Part shown: one piece after another, positions 26,351 through 40,614 of the stretch
How positions within the stretch are numbered: position 1 is the first letter of the stretch
Layout: each line of letters starts with the position of its first letter
Notes under the pieces: model-generated
What the model saw: only the letters and a program-made list of their open reading frames with translations
Told to the model about the DNA's origin: nothing
Database searches by the model: none
Translations under genes and position numbers: made by a program
Assembly: GCF_009914755.1 (NCBI RefSeq)
Contig: NC_060931.1
Origin: the human T2T-CHM13v2.0 reference genome, Homo sapiens
Direction: 5' to 3' (one strand)
Length of the DNA: 64,000 nt

Positions 26351-27653
26351 TGGGTGTGTTCTTGTTAAATAAACTGGGAGGAAGTTATTCTTCCTGTTTC
26401 TAGGGCTGGGGGATTCAGATCTGAGAACCACTTTATGGAGGAACCTGGAGAAGTCAGGAGGTGGGGTGAACTGCTATGAGTTACCTAGAAATGAGCGAGA
26501 AATCAGACAAGCTTTTCTCTCTGTTGGGTCTGTGTCTAAGCTGATGTCTTAGACTCTCCATCAAAAGGATCCAGCCAGTTCGGAGGGAGGAAATCTTCAG
26601 TCACTTGCTGGCCTCCTGCCCTGCTTCTGTACAGCATCCCCGTTGGCCCCTGCCACCCAGTCTCCTCCCTCCCATCAGGTCTCAGCCATCTTTCTGAAGT
26701 ATATTTGTGGATGAGGCTGGATGAGCCCACTAAAGCAGAGAGCTGGTATCAATGATGTTGGTGGCTCACACTGGAGCCCTTGCAGCAATCTTAACTCACG
26801 GGCTGAAAAATAATCTTGTAAAATTTAGACATCCCAGCCTCAACTCAACCTGAGTACTCCACACTCCACTGGTCCTATCAAGGGTGGCCCCTGGTGGGCC
26901 CCAAAAACACAGCCTCTGTCCCCACATCATGATGGAGGACAGGTCTTGTTTGCTGTTGAGTAGAGAACAAATGACCTGACTAAATTAGATGGGGAACTAC
27001 TTGGCATCTGACATATTTCCAGATTTTTGAGTAACAGATCGTATCATTCACTTAGTTCACATAGATATCTGAGGTCTTTGAAATTCAAATATACTTGGTA
27101 ATAACCCAAGGACCCTTTCTGACAGTGCCTTTGATAGTTCTGTAGTCTTCAAAGGACAATAACTAATCTTAGGATTAAAACACATGTTTCTAAAAGCAAA
27201 ATGGTTCCCAATACAGATAGTGAACTTAAAGTGAGATTGAGTAAATACCATATCCTTGTTGGAATTAATGTTTACAGAAGTACTCTTCAGTTGCTTATCA
27301 ATCATGATACTACAGGACAGATAGACTTGTCGGACCAGAAAATCAAGGCCCAGAAAGCCAGAGAATCCTTCCCATCACAGCAGAGACCTCGATCTCATTG
27401 CTCCAGGTTGACTCTTGGTTCTAATTTTATTTCCACAGAAGTTGAAGTCATCTTCAAGTAAAACCTGTGTATTGTTAATGTATCCAGAACAGTGCCTGAC
27501 ATATACTAGGCACTCAGTGAACATTTGCTGAATAAATGAATGCCGTTTAAAAACATCCAAGGATGCTGTATCTTTGTCTACTTTGGAGGGAATGTCTGTA
27601 TCACAAGAATAAATTTGATACAACATAGAACAAGATGATCATCTGACACAATT

Positions 27654-28059
27654 AGTATTTCACTTGAATTGTTTATTAGGCATTTAGCCACATGACAAAA
27701 GACAATTTGAAGACCACAGATATAATTTCAAGTTGCGTGAACATTGATTGCCCTGGAAAATATATCAGTGAGGCTTTCCTACCACTTCTGATGACTGCAA
27801 GAACATGAAAATCTATAATGTTTTAATCAACAAAAATCACAGCTAATGAATAAAAGCTATGGCCATGAAGATTAACTTTTTAATTAGCAAATAATATTTC
27901 TTTGTTGATGAGATACTAAGCAGACAAAATCACAACCCTCTGGATAACTTTGGAGAAAGACATGGGAAGCCACAGACAGCTGAGTTCCATGAAGGCAGGA
28001 TGATATTTATTTGCTTCTTATTCCAGTTTTCAGATATATCTCTCTTCAATTTTTGATTC
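27654..28059 (-). other. DDC: DDC exon 15 (terminal, 3'UTR only)
   Basis: Acceptor ttttttttccctgtag|GAATCAAAAATTG; AATAAA at 27677-27672; 3' end approximate. Confidence 0.85.
27672..27677 (-). terminator. DDC: DDC poly(A) signal AATAAA
   Basis: TTTATT on + near the end of exon 15. Confidence 0.8.
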
Positions 28060-28113
28060 CTACAGGGAAAAAAAATAGCATGAGCATATGGCTACATTAA
28101 AAAAAATAAAGAA

Positions 28114-30293
28114 GTCCCTCTCCCTCTCCCTCTCCCTCTCCCTTTCCCTCTCCCTCTCCCCCCTCTCCCTCTCCCCACGGTCTCCCTCTCCCTCTCTTTC
28201 CACGGTCTCCCACTGATGCCCAGCCGAAGCTGGACTGTACTGCTGCCATCTCGGCTCACTGCAGCCTCCCTGCCTGATTCTCCTGCCTCAGCCTGCCGAG
28301 TGCCTGCGATTGCAGGCGCGCACCACCACGCCTGACTGGTTTTCGTATTTTTTTGGTGGAGACGGGGTTTCGCTGTGTTGGCCGGGCTGGTCTCCAGCTC
28401 CAAACTGCGAGTGATCCGCCAGCCTCGGCCTCCCGAGGTGCCGGGATTGCAGACGGAGTCTGGTTCACTCAGTGCTCAATGGTGCCCAGGCTGGAGTGCA
28501 GTGGAGTGATCTCGGCTCGCTACAACCTCCACCTCCCAGCCGCCTGCCTTGGCCTCCCAAAGTGCCGAGATTACAGCCTCTGCCCGGCCGCCACCCCGGT
28601 TGGGAAGTGCGGAGCGTCTCTGCCTGGCCGCCCATCGTCTGGGACGTGAGGAGCCCCTCTGCCTGGCTACCCAGTCTGGAAAGTGAGGAGCGTCTCTGCC
28701 CGGCCGCCATCCTATCTAGGAAGTGAGGAGCGCCTCTTCCCGGCCGCCATCCCATCTAGGAAGTGAGGAGCGTCTCTGCCCGGCCGCCCATTGTCTGAGA
28801 TGTGGGGAGCGCCTCTGCCCCGCCGCCCCGTCTGGGATGTGAGGAGCGCCTCTACCCGGCCGCGACCCCGTCTGGGAGGTGAGGAGCGTCTCTGCCCAGC
28901 TGCCCCGTCTGAGAAGTGAGGAGACCCTCCGCCTGGCAACCACCCCGTCTGGGAAGTGAGGAGCGTCTCTGCCCGGCAGCCACCCCATCCGGGAGGGAGG
29001 TGGGGGTCAGCCCCCGCCAGGCCAGCCGCCCCGTCCGGGAGGGAGGTGGGGGAATCAGCCCCCCGCCCGGCCAGCCGCCCCGTCCGGGAGGGAGGTGGGG
29101 GGGTCAGCCCCCCGCCCGGCCAGCCGCCCCGTCCAGGAGGGAGGTGGGGGGGTCAGCCCCCTGCCCGGCCAGCCGCCCCATCTGGGAGGTGAGGGGCGCC
29201 TCTGCCCGGCTGCCCCTACTGGGAAGTGAGGATCCCCTCTGCCCGGCCAGCCGCCCCGTCCGGGAAGGAGGTGGGGGGGGTCAGCCCCCCGCCCGGCCAA
29301 CCGCCCCATCCGGGAGGTGAGGGGCACCTCTGCCCGGCCGCCCCTACTGGGAAGTGAGGAGCCCCTCTGCCTGGCCAGCCGCCCCGTCCGGGAAGGAGGT
29401 GGGGGGGTCAGCCCCTGGCCCGGCCAGCCGCCTCGTCCGGGAGGGAGGTTGGGGGTCAGCCCCTGGCCCAGCCTGCCGCCCCGTCCGGGAGGTGAGGGGC
29501 GCCTCTGCCCGGCCGCCCCTACTGGGAAGTGAGGAGCCCCTCTGCCCGGCCAGCCGCCCCGTCCAGGAAGGAGGTGGGAGGGTCAGCCCCCCGCCCGGCC
29601 AGCCGCCCCATCCGGGAGGAAGGTGGGGGGGTCAGCCCCCTGCCCGGCCAGCCGCCCCGTCCGGCCAGCCGCCCGGTCCAGGAGGTGAGGGGCGCCTCTG
29701 CCCGGCCGCCCCTACTGGGAAGTGAGGAGCCCCTCTGCCCAGCCACCACCCCGTCTGGGAGGTGTACCCAACAGCTCACTGAGAACGGGCCATGATGACA
29801 ATGGCGGTTTTGTGGAACAGAAAGGGGGGAAAGGCGGGGAAAGGATTGAGAAATCGGATGGTTGCCATGTCTGTGTAGAAAGAGGTAGACACAGGAGACT
29901 TTTCATTTTGTTCTGTACTAAGAAAAATTCTTCTGCCTCGTGATCCTGTTGATCAGTGACCCTACCCCCAACCCTGTGCTCTCTGAAACATGTGCTGTGT
30001 CCACTCAGGGTTAAATGGATTAAGGGTGGTGCAAGATGTGCTTTGTTAAACAGATGCTTGAAGGCAGCATGCTCGTTAAGAGTCATCACCACTCCCTAAT
30101 CTCAAGTACCCAGGGACACAAACACTGCGGAAGGCCGCAGGGTCCTCTGCATAGGAAAACCAGAGACCTTTGTTCACTTGTTTATCTGCTGACCCTCCCT
30201 CCACTATTGTCCTATGACCCTGCCAAATCCCCCTCTGTGAGAAACACCCAAGAATGATCAATAAAAAAAAAAATAAATAAAAAAATAAAAATT
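28114..30293 (+). mobile_element. Full-length SVA retrotransposon in DDC intron 14 (antisense to DDC)
   Basis: (CCCTCT)n at about 28116-28195, Alu-like region to about 28580, GC-rich VNTR to about 29760, SINE-R to about 30260, AATAAA at 30260, A-tail. TSD AAAAAAATAAAGAA at 28100-28113 and 30294-30307. Confidence 0.98.
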
Positions 30294-31984
30294 AAAAAAA
30301 TAAAGAATAAGAATTGCATGTACTTCTTATTTGAATATAAAGAACGAACGTATAATTTCTCCAATGAAACAGAGACAATTGTGCAATGCCAAAGAGTTTG
30401 AACTTAAATAAAGGAATTTTTATTGCCAATCTGGCTTCTCTGATGAAAACTGTATTAGTGTCAACTAGAATCTCTGCCTAATTTTCTACCCTCTGTAAAA
30501 TAAGAATAGTTCCTACTTTCTCTCAGAGCTATGACCACATGAATATGTGTAATAAACTCAAATAAGTACAAGTAAAATCAAGATATTAAGATTTTTATTG
30601 TTCTAATCTGTCCAAAACAACATACATGCATTAGGACTTACTATTGTATCACATATCTTTTTAAAAATTGAATTTCATTTTTACCTTTTGAATCTACAGC
30701 AAATATAATGACTCCAGAGGAACTGAGACTCCTATCGGAAACACACCTTTGCTGATAAATTTTCAGAGCTACACTCTCCACATATGTTCTTCTGGGCGTA
30801 TGTCAATAAGATCCTGATATGATACATGCTTATGAGATAGATGCAAACGTGGGGTTGCAGAAATGCGAGTCGGGAGCGTTTGCCTGATAGGGATTTGTTT
30901 CGTACAGAGCTTACAGCGGTACTTTCCCTCCCCTCACATAGTCTTATGCTGAGAGCAATGGAATAACTTCAACATATAAGCCTCTCCCCACTACCTTCCA
31001 GAGATGCTTGAGATACCACTTTGGAGTTGCTCTGGGTCAGCAGTTCTTCCTCAGACCCCAGGTCTTTCTCAGCTTATGAGTAGGGGAAGGCCCTGGTTGC
31101 ACCAGGGAAAGGACCTGGTTCTCAGGGCACATTTTGACTCAGAAGGTAGCCCTTTGGCTTCAACTTTCAGGAGCCATGGACAGGTCTATCACATATACCA
31201 AACATGATTTTCAACTTCTGACTTGTTGAGCACTATACTTTTTCAGATATTCACAATTAAAATCAACAGCAAAGAAGATAAAAATTGTAGGCAATCAGGA
31301 AATGCATTACATGATCCACAGATTCTAAATCCCCCACGGGTTATAATGAACGAGCCATTGCAAAAAGGAGAGGGAGAGAGAGAAAGAGAAGCAGACCCTA
31401 AGGAGGGATCACAGATTCTTCCACCAAATGGGACAAAAAGACAAAAAAAAAAAAAAAAAAAAAAAGAAAATAAACAGAAAAAGGTAGACATACCCCAACA
31501 GGATGACATTCTTAAGATAACCTAATGAAGAGGCTTTCTAAGGTTGTCTAGGTTCCCACAAACATAATTTTAAATACCCTCCATGTTGCCAACACTGCAT
31601 TTATTTAAAATGTGTGCTTTGTTTTTACAAATTAACTGCATGCTGTCTCCAGGGTTTAACTATGAGGGGTAAACCCCTCACAACTGCAAGAAGCCCGGTA
31701 GTCGAAACATATCCTTTCTTCAAACCATCAAGAATTTGGACGGCAAGTCGTGAGTCATAATAAATTCCCTTTTTATTGTTTTCATTAGTTCTCTAAAGGT
31801 CACCAGTTTCTTATATGAGCTTGTTATTATAGTAAGTTATCTCAACAAATGCTGTTTGAAGAAACCTGAAGTATTATAGAGATTGATGTAAGAATAAAAA
31901 GTAAAAATCTAAGTTTTAAAAGAATTATTACAATGTATCATTCCTTCTACTTCTCCAGAATTAACATGGTTTTCTCTTCTTCTT

Positions 31985-32283
31985 GTTTTTTTTTTTTTTT
32001 TTTTTGGACTGAGTCCTGCATTATCGCCAGGCTGTAACGCAGTGGCGCGATCTCGGCTCACGGCAACCTCCGCCTCCCAGGTTCATGCGATTCTCCTGCC
32101 TCAGCCTCTGGAATAGCTGGGATTACAGGTGCATGCCACCACGCCCAGCTAATTTTTGTATTTTTAGTAGAGACAGGGTTTCACCACTTTGGCCAGGATG
32201 GTCTCAATCTCTTGACCTCATGATCTGCCCACCCTGGCCTCCCAAAGTGCTGGGATTACAGGCGTGAGCCACCGCACCCGGCC
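31985..32283 (-). mobile_element. Alu
   Basis: Poly-T...GCGTGAGCCACCGCACCCGGCC. Confidence 0.95.
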
Positions 32284-32446
32284 TTCTCTTCCTTATTTTA
32301 AGGTGAGGGAAATGCACTCTGGCAGCATTGAGTGGCCGGGCTGGGCCTGTAGCTGGGTCTGGACTCCAGGAGGACACTCTTGCCACGGGACAAGGAGACA
32401 GGCAGAAAATGAGCCCAGGGCAGCCTACCTGCAGCTGGCTTCACTC

Positions 32447-32692
<246 letters not shown>

Positions 32693-34324
32693 TCAAAAAT
32701 CAACTGGTCATGTAGGAAAGACAGTGCTTGGCAACCCTACCGTACATCAGGAAGAAGCCGACTAACCATCCCCCTTGCGTTTACGATGTTACAAAATTCA
32801 ACAAAATAATAGTAATGCACCCTAAAAGACTGCATGCATCTTCTCCCCACAGACAATTTCTCTATATTCTGATGTGCCATCAAAAGATGACCCTTCCATG
32901 GTCTAAGTTTTTTTAAGGAAAATAAGGATCCCTGGATATGTAATCTACAAATATATGAGCTTAAACAGCAGAATTGGGGTTTCTGATGGCACCAGGGGAG
33001 GAGTCTCTAAATTCTCACGGAAACATAGAAGAGTCTCAGCAACCTAGAAAATGAAGCATAACGGTCAAGCTAGTGCTAGAATCTGAGAAGAATGTCCATG
33101 AACCACAGGACCGAGCAACCACTGGTGCCTCTCCAGACAAGCACGGCCCACCAGCCTGGGGTAGGCGCAGAGGCCCCACCCCTCCCACTACACTAGAGAT
33201 GGAAGCCTGGTATCAATAAGCCAATGGGAAGCCCTTGCTGTCCTGCCTGGGCCCTGCTTCCATAGCAGCCGGTCTTCTGACACTTCACCTCCATCTCCCT
33301 TTGCTCCTCTGTCCTTCTTCTGTTTGCAGGCAGTGACTCCATGTCTTCTAAGCCATGGAGTCTTAAATAGAAGGAACTGAATGTGGGACACTGCATCCTA
33401 GTCACCCAAACCTCACAGGACTGCACTTCGTGGCCCTGTCTTCAGAGTGGAGAAGCAGGGAGGATGAGTGGGAAGGAGAGAGTTCTATCCACTGCATGGA
33501 ACCACCTCAGACGAGCACCTGCTGGATGTTGGCACCTGGCCATAGAGCTGTGCAAATCCCCTGGCCTCTAGCTATGGGCCTGAGTGCCCTGCTCCTGTTG
33601 TGCCCAGGTAGACAGTGATGGGCCAGAGGAAATTTGGAAACCGTGGGTGAACACCAAGGCTGGGTGAATCTGGATGAGGACTCAAGGATGAGGATAGAGA
33701 AAAAAAGAAATTATCATACCAAGGGAATGGAATTTTACCAAAAAGACTCAGTATGAGAGCAAACATCTGCAAAGTATAGAGCACAGAAAATGGAAGCAAA
33801 TTATTTAGGAAAAATGTGCTTGCCATTTTCAAACAGACTGGATAGGGCAGTACTTCCATGAAGTAGAGGCAAGAAGCCTAGCAGAGGTGGGACAATTACA
33901 ATGAACAAAGTAGGCTGAGTGCACACAGATGGAGACCAAGCAAGTTCTGGCCATAATGAGGATGGAGGGAGAGGGACCGTGATGCCATAGCAACATCACT
34001 TCTGCTTTAGTAAAGAGCCACATGACACACTGAAGCATTCAGCATGAGAGGACCTGAAATTCAGATTAGAGAGGATTAGACCAGGAGAGAGTGAGGCCAA
34101 GATGGCAGATATGGAGGCAGAAAAGTGAGCCACAGTGTTTGACTAACGCGCTTCCTCCAGAAACTGGATTTGCAGACTGGAGGCACAAGCAAAGTTTTAC
34201 AAAAGGAAACATTTGTCAGCTGAAAAATGCCTTGGACTTCCTTCATGAGAGGACTCACTATATGGCATGAGAGGAGAATGGACAGAAACCAGTACACAGA
34301 TGGGTTTGGTGGCATCTACAAATT

Positions 34325-34945
<621 letters not shown>

Positions 34946-35423
34946 AGAATATAAAAGTCCTAGAAGAAAACTGTCAACAAAAACAAGAATGAAAACAACT
35001 GCTTGACAGCAGATGAGTCTAATAAGCACGATGCCAACACTAAGGTTGGTTGACTGGACACATCCTGGACATGGATGGACTGAGGCTCCTCCCACAAACA
35101 TCCAGAGCGTGTCTTGCCCTCTCGGTCCTCTGTGCACCTCCCAGGTCTCATCACTTTGTGCTCTTCCAAGGGCTCAAGTCTCCTCTCCTGCTCTGCTACC
35201 TGCAGGCTTTCCCACGGCTGCAGCTCCTCCTCGCCTCAGAGCTCCAAGAGTCAGGTGAGGCAAAAGGACATAGTAGGTGGAGTGGCAGTGCCACACTCTG
35301 ACTGGCAGCCCCTTGACAATGACACTGACCCCAGCCTGCTCCTTCTCCTGAGTGCTGTCTTTAATTTGAACAAGGAAGCCTCCTGGAAAGGCTTGAAATG
35401 ATTGTGAATTAAAAGCTACCTCA

Positions 35424-35761
<338 letters not shown>

Positions 35762-36219
35762 TCACCTGGCTCTGTGTACACAAGGGAGATTACCAAGGGG
35801 CATGTGTGCAGTGCATCTTAGAGCCTTTTTGAGAACTGTATCATGATTCTCAGTAGAGATGGCTTATGCCCCAACCCGTGTGGGCCAGCCTGCCCTCACC
35901 TGGTGAATGCACAGCATCAGGCAGCAAAATAACAGCACGCCACAACACAGTGTCAAACAGACTCCTGTGTGGGCATCTTGTAAAGGTGCGCAGCCAGCAG
36001 CTCTAGGGTGGGGCCCAAGACTGGCTTTTCTAAGGAGCTCCCAGACAATGCTGATGATGCTGATGCTGTTGATCCACAGAAGACACTCAGATTAGTGAGG
36101 CTATGGACAGGCCGCTGTCCTCCAAGGAGGGCCAGTGGCAGAGGTGTGGGATGGAGCCTTGAGGAAGGAAAAATGGTAAAGATTCTGCGGCCAATAAGCT
36201 ATGTAAGTTAGAAGTCTCA

Positions 36220-36588
<369 letters not shown>

Positions 36589-38146
36589 CTACCTAGAAAA
36601 CCTTATTAGACTGCCCATGTATAATTCATTTAGACGCTCTTGGCAATTTTCCTCAAGTGCTTTTACCGTTCACTGACCAGCTGTTTCCAGGCAGGCTAAG
36701 AAACTCATTCCCTACATTAGCACAGGTCTAGTGTCCTCAGAACACCAATTGTCATTTTCTTCTGTTCATGGGACTATTCTTATCCCACCCAAACTGTCTT
36801 TTATAATGTTAGAATAAACACCGTGAGGAGGTATTTGATCATTCTGGAAGAGACAATGGCTAATGCCCATCGAGTTGCTCCTCTGTGCTTGAGGTGCCAG
36901 CGCTCACCACTGCGGCATCCTCAGGACAGCCCACAACACAGAAGATATCATGATTATCCCCATTTTGGAGATAAGAAAACAGGCTGGGAGAGGGTGAGCG
37001 ACATGCCCAAGGTGAACCCGGAGGCCTTGGCTGAGCTGGGATTCTAAGGCAGCCTGATGGAGCTGCAGCTCTGTGGCTGCCACAGCTGTTGCTCCTCCTC
37101 CGCGTTTGCCACCTAGAGCTGGGCATCCTGTCCGCTCTGTCACATTCAGAAACGGCCTTCCTCTCATTGAATATCACACTGACCTTATTTCACTTCCAAA
37201 TAGTTATAGAACTCAGAAGCTATTCAGACAGCATGTGATCCTAGGAGAAGGAGCCCTCCGTGGCGTAGGCCCGTGCCTTGCTCATTCTAAGCCCGCGGAT
37301 ACAGCAGGGCCCCCATGTTGCAGGTGCTGGGGAGGACCTGCGGAAACGCGGCGCCTCGCGGGCAGGGGGTGGCTGGGACAAAAACACGTGTCATACGAGT
37401 GGTTCCTCGTCATGCCACCAGAGAGCGCCAAAGACCTCGGCCTCATGGGCGATCCCGAAAGCCGGTTCCCGCCCAAGGAGACAGGCTTTGAGCATCGCTG
37501 GACTCTGCTCCTAAGGCAGGATTGGGTCCCCTTTAAGAAAGAAGTGGAGTGTGTTTTAAACAGGAGCCAGCATGATCATAACTAGTTGTCCTTGAGCTTA
37601 AAGACGTCATCATTGTGGGGAGATAAATCCCTTATTTTTTGGCTTTCTTTCCCCAAAAAAGCTGAATTCGTCTCAAATGGGTAGAGGGGGATTTCCTACC
37701 CAGGAATTCATATACATACTCCTTTCCCAGTTCTCGCCCCCAAACAGGTCCTCATAGTGCTCGGCAGCTCCTGGAACTGTCCTCACCGAAGCTTTGGGAG
37801 TAGGCAGTTCATGGCACATCCTAGGCATTCTATGAAGCTTGCAGATGGATGTGTTTATATATGCTGTGCCACAGAGGAGGTGGCTGGGGACACCTGCCCC
37901 TGCACACCTGGTTGTGAAGTGGCAACAGGACTTAAAATGGAGGGCTGTTACCATCACTAAGGCTGAATATCATAAGTGTGCTTGTTCCCATGAAGCCTGG
38001 GGACCTCTGTCCATCAAGATGAGGCCACAGCTTAGGAAGGACACCAGGATCAGAGAGAGCCAGCAGAACAGCAGCAGGCCTTCTGCAGCTGGCTAAACGG
38101 GTGGCTCTAGGCAGATCCAGGCTCATATTCAGGACTCAGTTTCCTC

Positions 38147-38458
<312 letters not shown>

Positions 38459-38908
38459 AATTGTTAATTTAAAAAAAAAAAAAAAAAAAAGCAGGGGAGT
38501 GGGGCTTGGAGCTGATAAGTGGTTCTCAAATTTTAGTGCATAGAGAAGGTGTCTGGTTTGCTTGTTAAAACAGAGGTTGCTGGGCCCCACTGCAGGCCGG
38601 CACTGCTGGTCTGGAAGCATGTCTGAGAACCACTGGACTAGGGAATATCTATCTTATTCTGGCAATTTTGGGGGAGAAAAACACAGTCCTTATGTTCTCA
38701 TAATTGCCATTGCTCAATGAACTTAATTCTTGGCTAGATGTGGCTAAAGCACAACCTATGTGATGTTTCTACTGTGACCATCTTCCTGGACCTGATAACC
38801 TGCAATCTTAACGAAAGTGACTTAACAGATCTTATAAATAACCTCATCTCAACAACCCAAACTACAGTCTGGTTCTCTTGCCATGTATTTGCTTATTAAG
38901 ACATTTGA

Positions 38909-39213
<305 letters not shown>

Positions 39214-39286
39214 AATTTGAATTTATTTCTAAAGTCCCGAAAGACCTCCGCAATTTTACCGTGATAAATAATAAAAACAAAGTCAC

Positions 39287-39385
39287 CTTGCGGATATAAG
39301 CCTGCAGTCCTTTGACTCCATACATCCTAAATACAAACCACATTTTCAAAGAGCGAAATCTTCTGCCCAGTGGTATCTGCCAATG
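39287..39385 (-). CDS. DDC: DOPA decarboxylase exon 12 (H348-K380)
   Basis: 99 nt, phase 0/0: [33 protein letters not shown]. Sites tttcag|CAT and AAG|gtgact. Confidence 0.98.
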
Positions 39386-40323
39386 CTGAAATGAAACATG
39401 AAACAGACCATCAGTGAGGAAGATATTAAAAGCTGGCTTCCTTTTCGGCTCACCGGCTCGCCTATTTCTCTTGGAGGCAGCCGATTCCCTGGTGGCCACC
39501 CTGCTCCCATTGCCATGGCCTGTCTTGGATGGCAGGGCCCTCGGTGATGTGGGCAGAGGCTTTCTTTGCAAATCTCCAAGAGAAAGGAACACAGATGGGG
39601 ACTGTTGACCTGGGAGCCAGTGATGTTCATTGTTTTCACTCAACAGGTGTTTGCGGCATGCACAGCAGGGCCAGACCTTGGGCTGTCCCCTAGGGTTCCG
39701 TGGTGAGCAAACAGGGAAGACACGGCCCTGCCCCCAGTGAGCTCACCATCCAGTGGGGATAAGGGGGTAATTTTCATTGATGTCCTTGCCTACGAGGAAG
39801 GAGGGAGCCAGAACCTGCTCTTGTCTGCCACTTCTGCCCCAGATGTTCTGGCACTGTTTTCTAGAGCAATACTGGTTCCCTCTTGGTCCTACTGATCACC
39901 ATGGAGTGACCCCAAGACCCCTCATCAGAAGACACAATGTGTGTCTCCATGCTGGTGCTCCAGAAGCTTTCCCTGTCCTTCCTCTGGTTTTCCCAGACCC
40001 AGTCAGTTGACCGGCCCCCACACACTGAGGGATGGAGATGTGGTGAAGTGAGTAAGGAAGGACTGGGACGAGGAGACTGCTGGGAAGTGAGCATAGCAGC
40101 ACTGCGTGGTCATCTTAACAGTCATATTCTATTTCAGCTATAAAGGAGACACTGAGGAGAGCTGAGCCAGCTCCCTACTGGGCCTGGGTGACACAGTGCA
40201 GCCAGGCGCGACACTCTAGCGCAGCTGGGCCATCTGCCGGGTGGGACTGCTTAGCCGGAGTCCTGAGTCCCGCACTGCTCCCCAGTAGGAGGGCTTGCAG
40301 GTGTTTTTTAAAGTGTGGGTGAA

Positions 40324-40614
40324 GGCCGGATGCGGTGGCTCACGCCTGTAACCCCAGCACTTTGGGAGGCCAAGGCAGGTGGATCACCTGAGGTCGGGAG
40401 TTTGAGACCAGCCTGACCAACATGATGAAACCCTCTCTCTACTAAAAATACAAAAATTAGCCTGGTATGGTGGCACATGCCTGTAATCCCATCTACTTGG
40501 GAAGCTGAGGCAGGACCCAGGAGGCGGAGGTTGCAGTGAGCCAAGATGGCGCTATTGCACTCAAGCCTGGGCAATAGAGTAAGACTCCATCTCAAAATAA
40601 ATAAATAAATAAAA
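40324..40614 (+). mobile_element. Alu with a short internal deletion
   Basis: TSD TAAAGTGTGGGTG at 40309-40321 and 40615-40627; the right arm lacks the GAATCGCTTGAA segment. Confidence 0.95.

Noticed and set aside
28092-30261. Dense cluster of Pro/Gly/Arg-rich ORFs
   Set aside because: All are translations of the SVA hexamer, Alu-like, VNTR and SINE-R regions.
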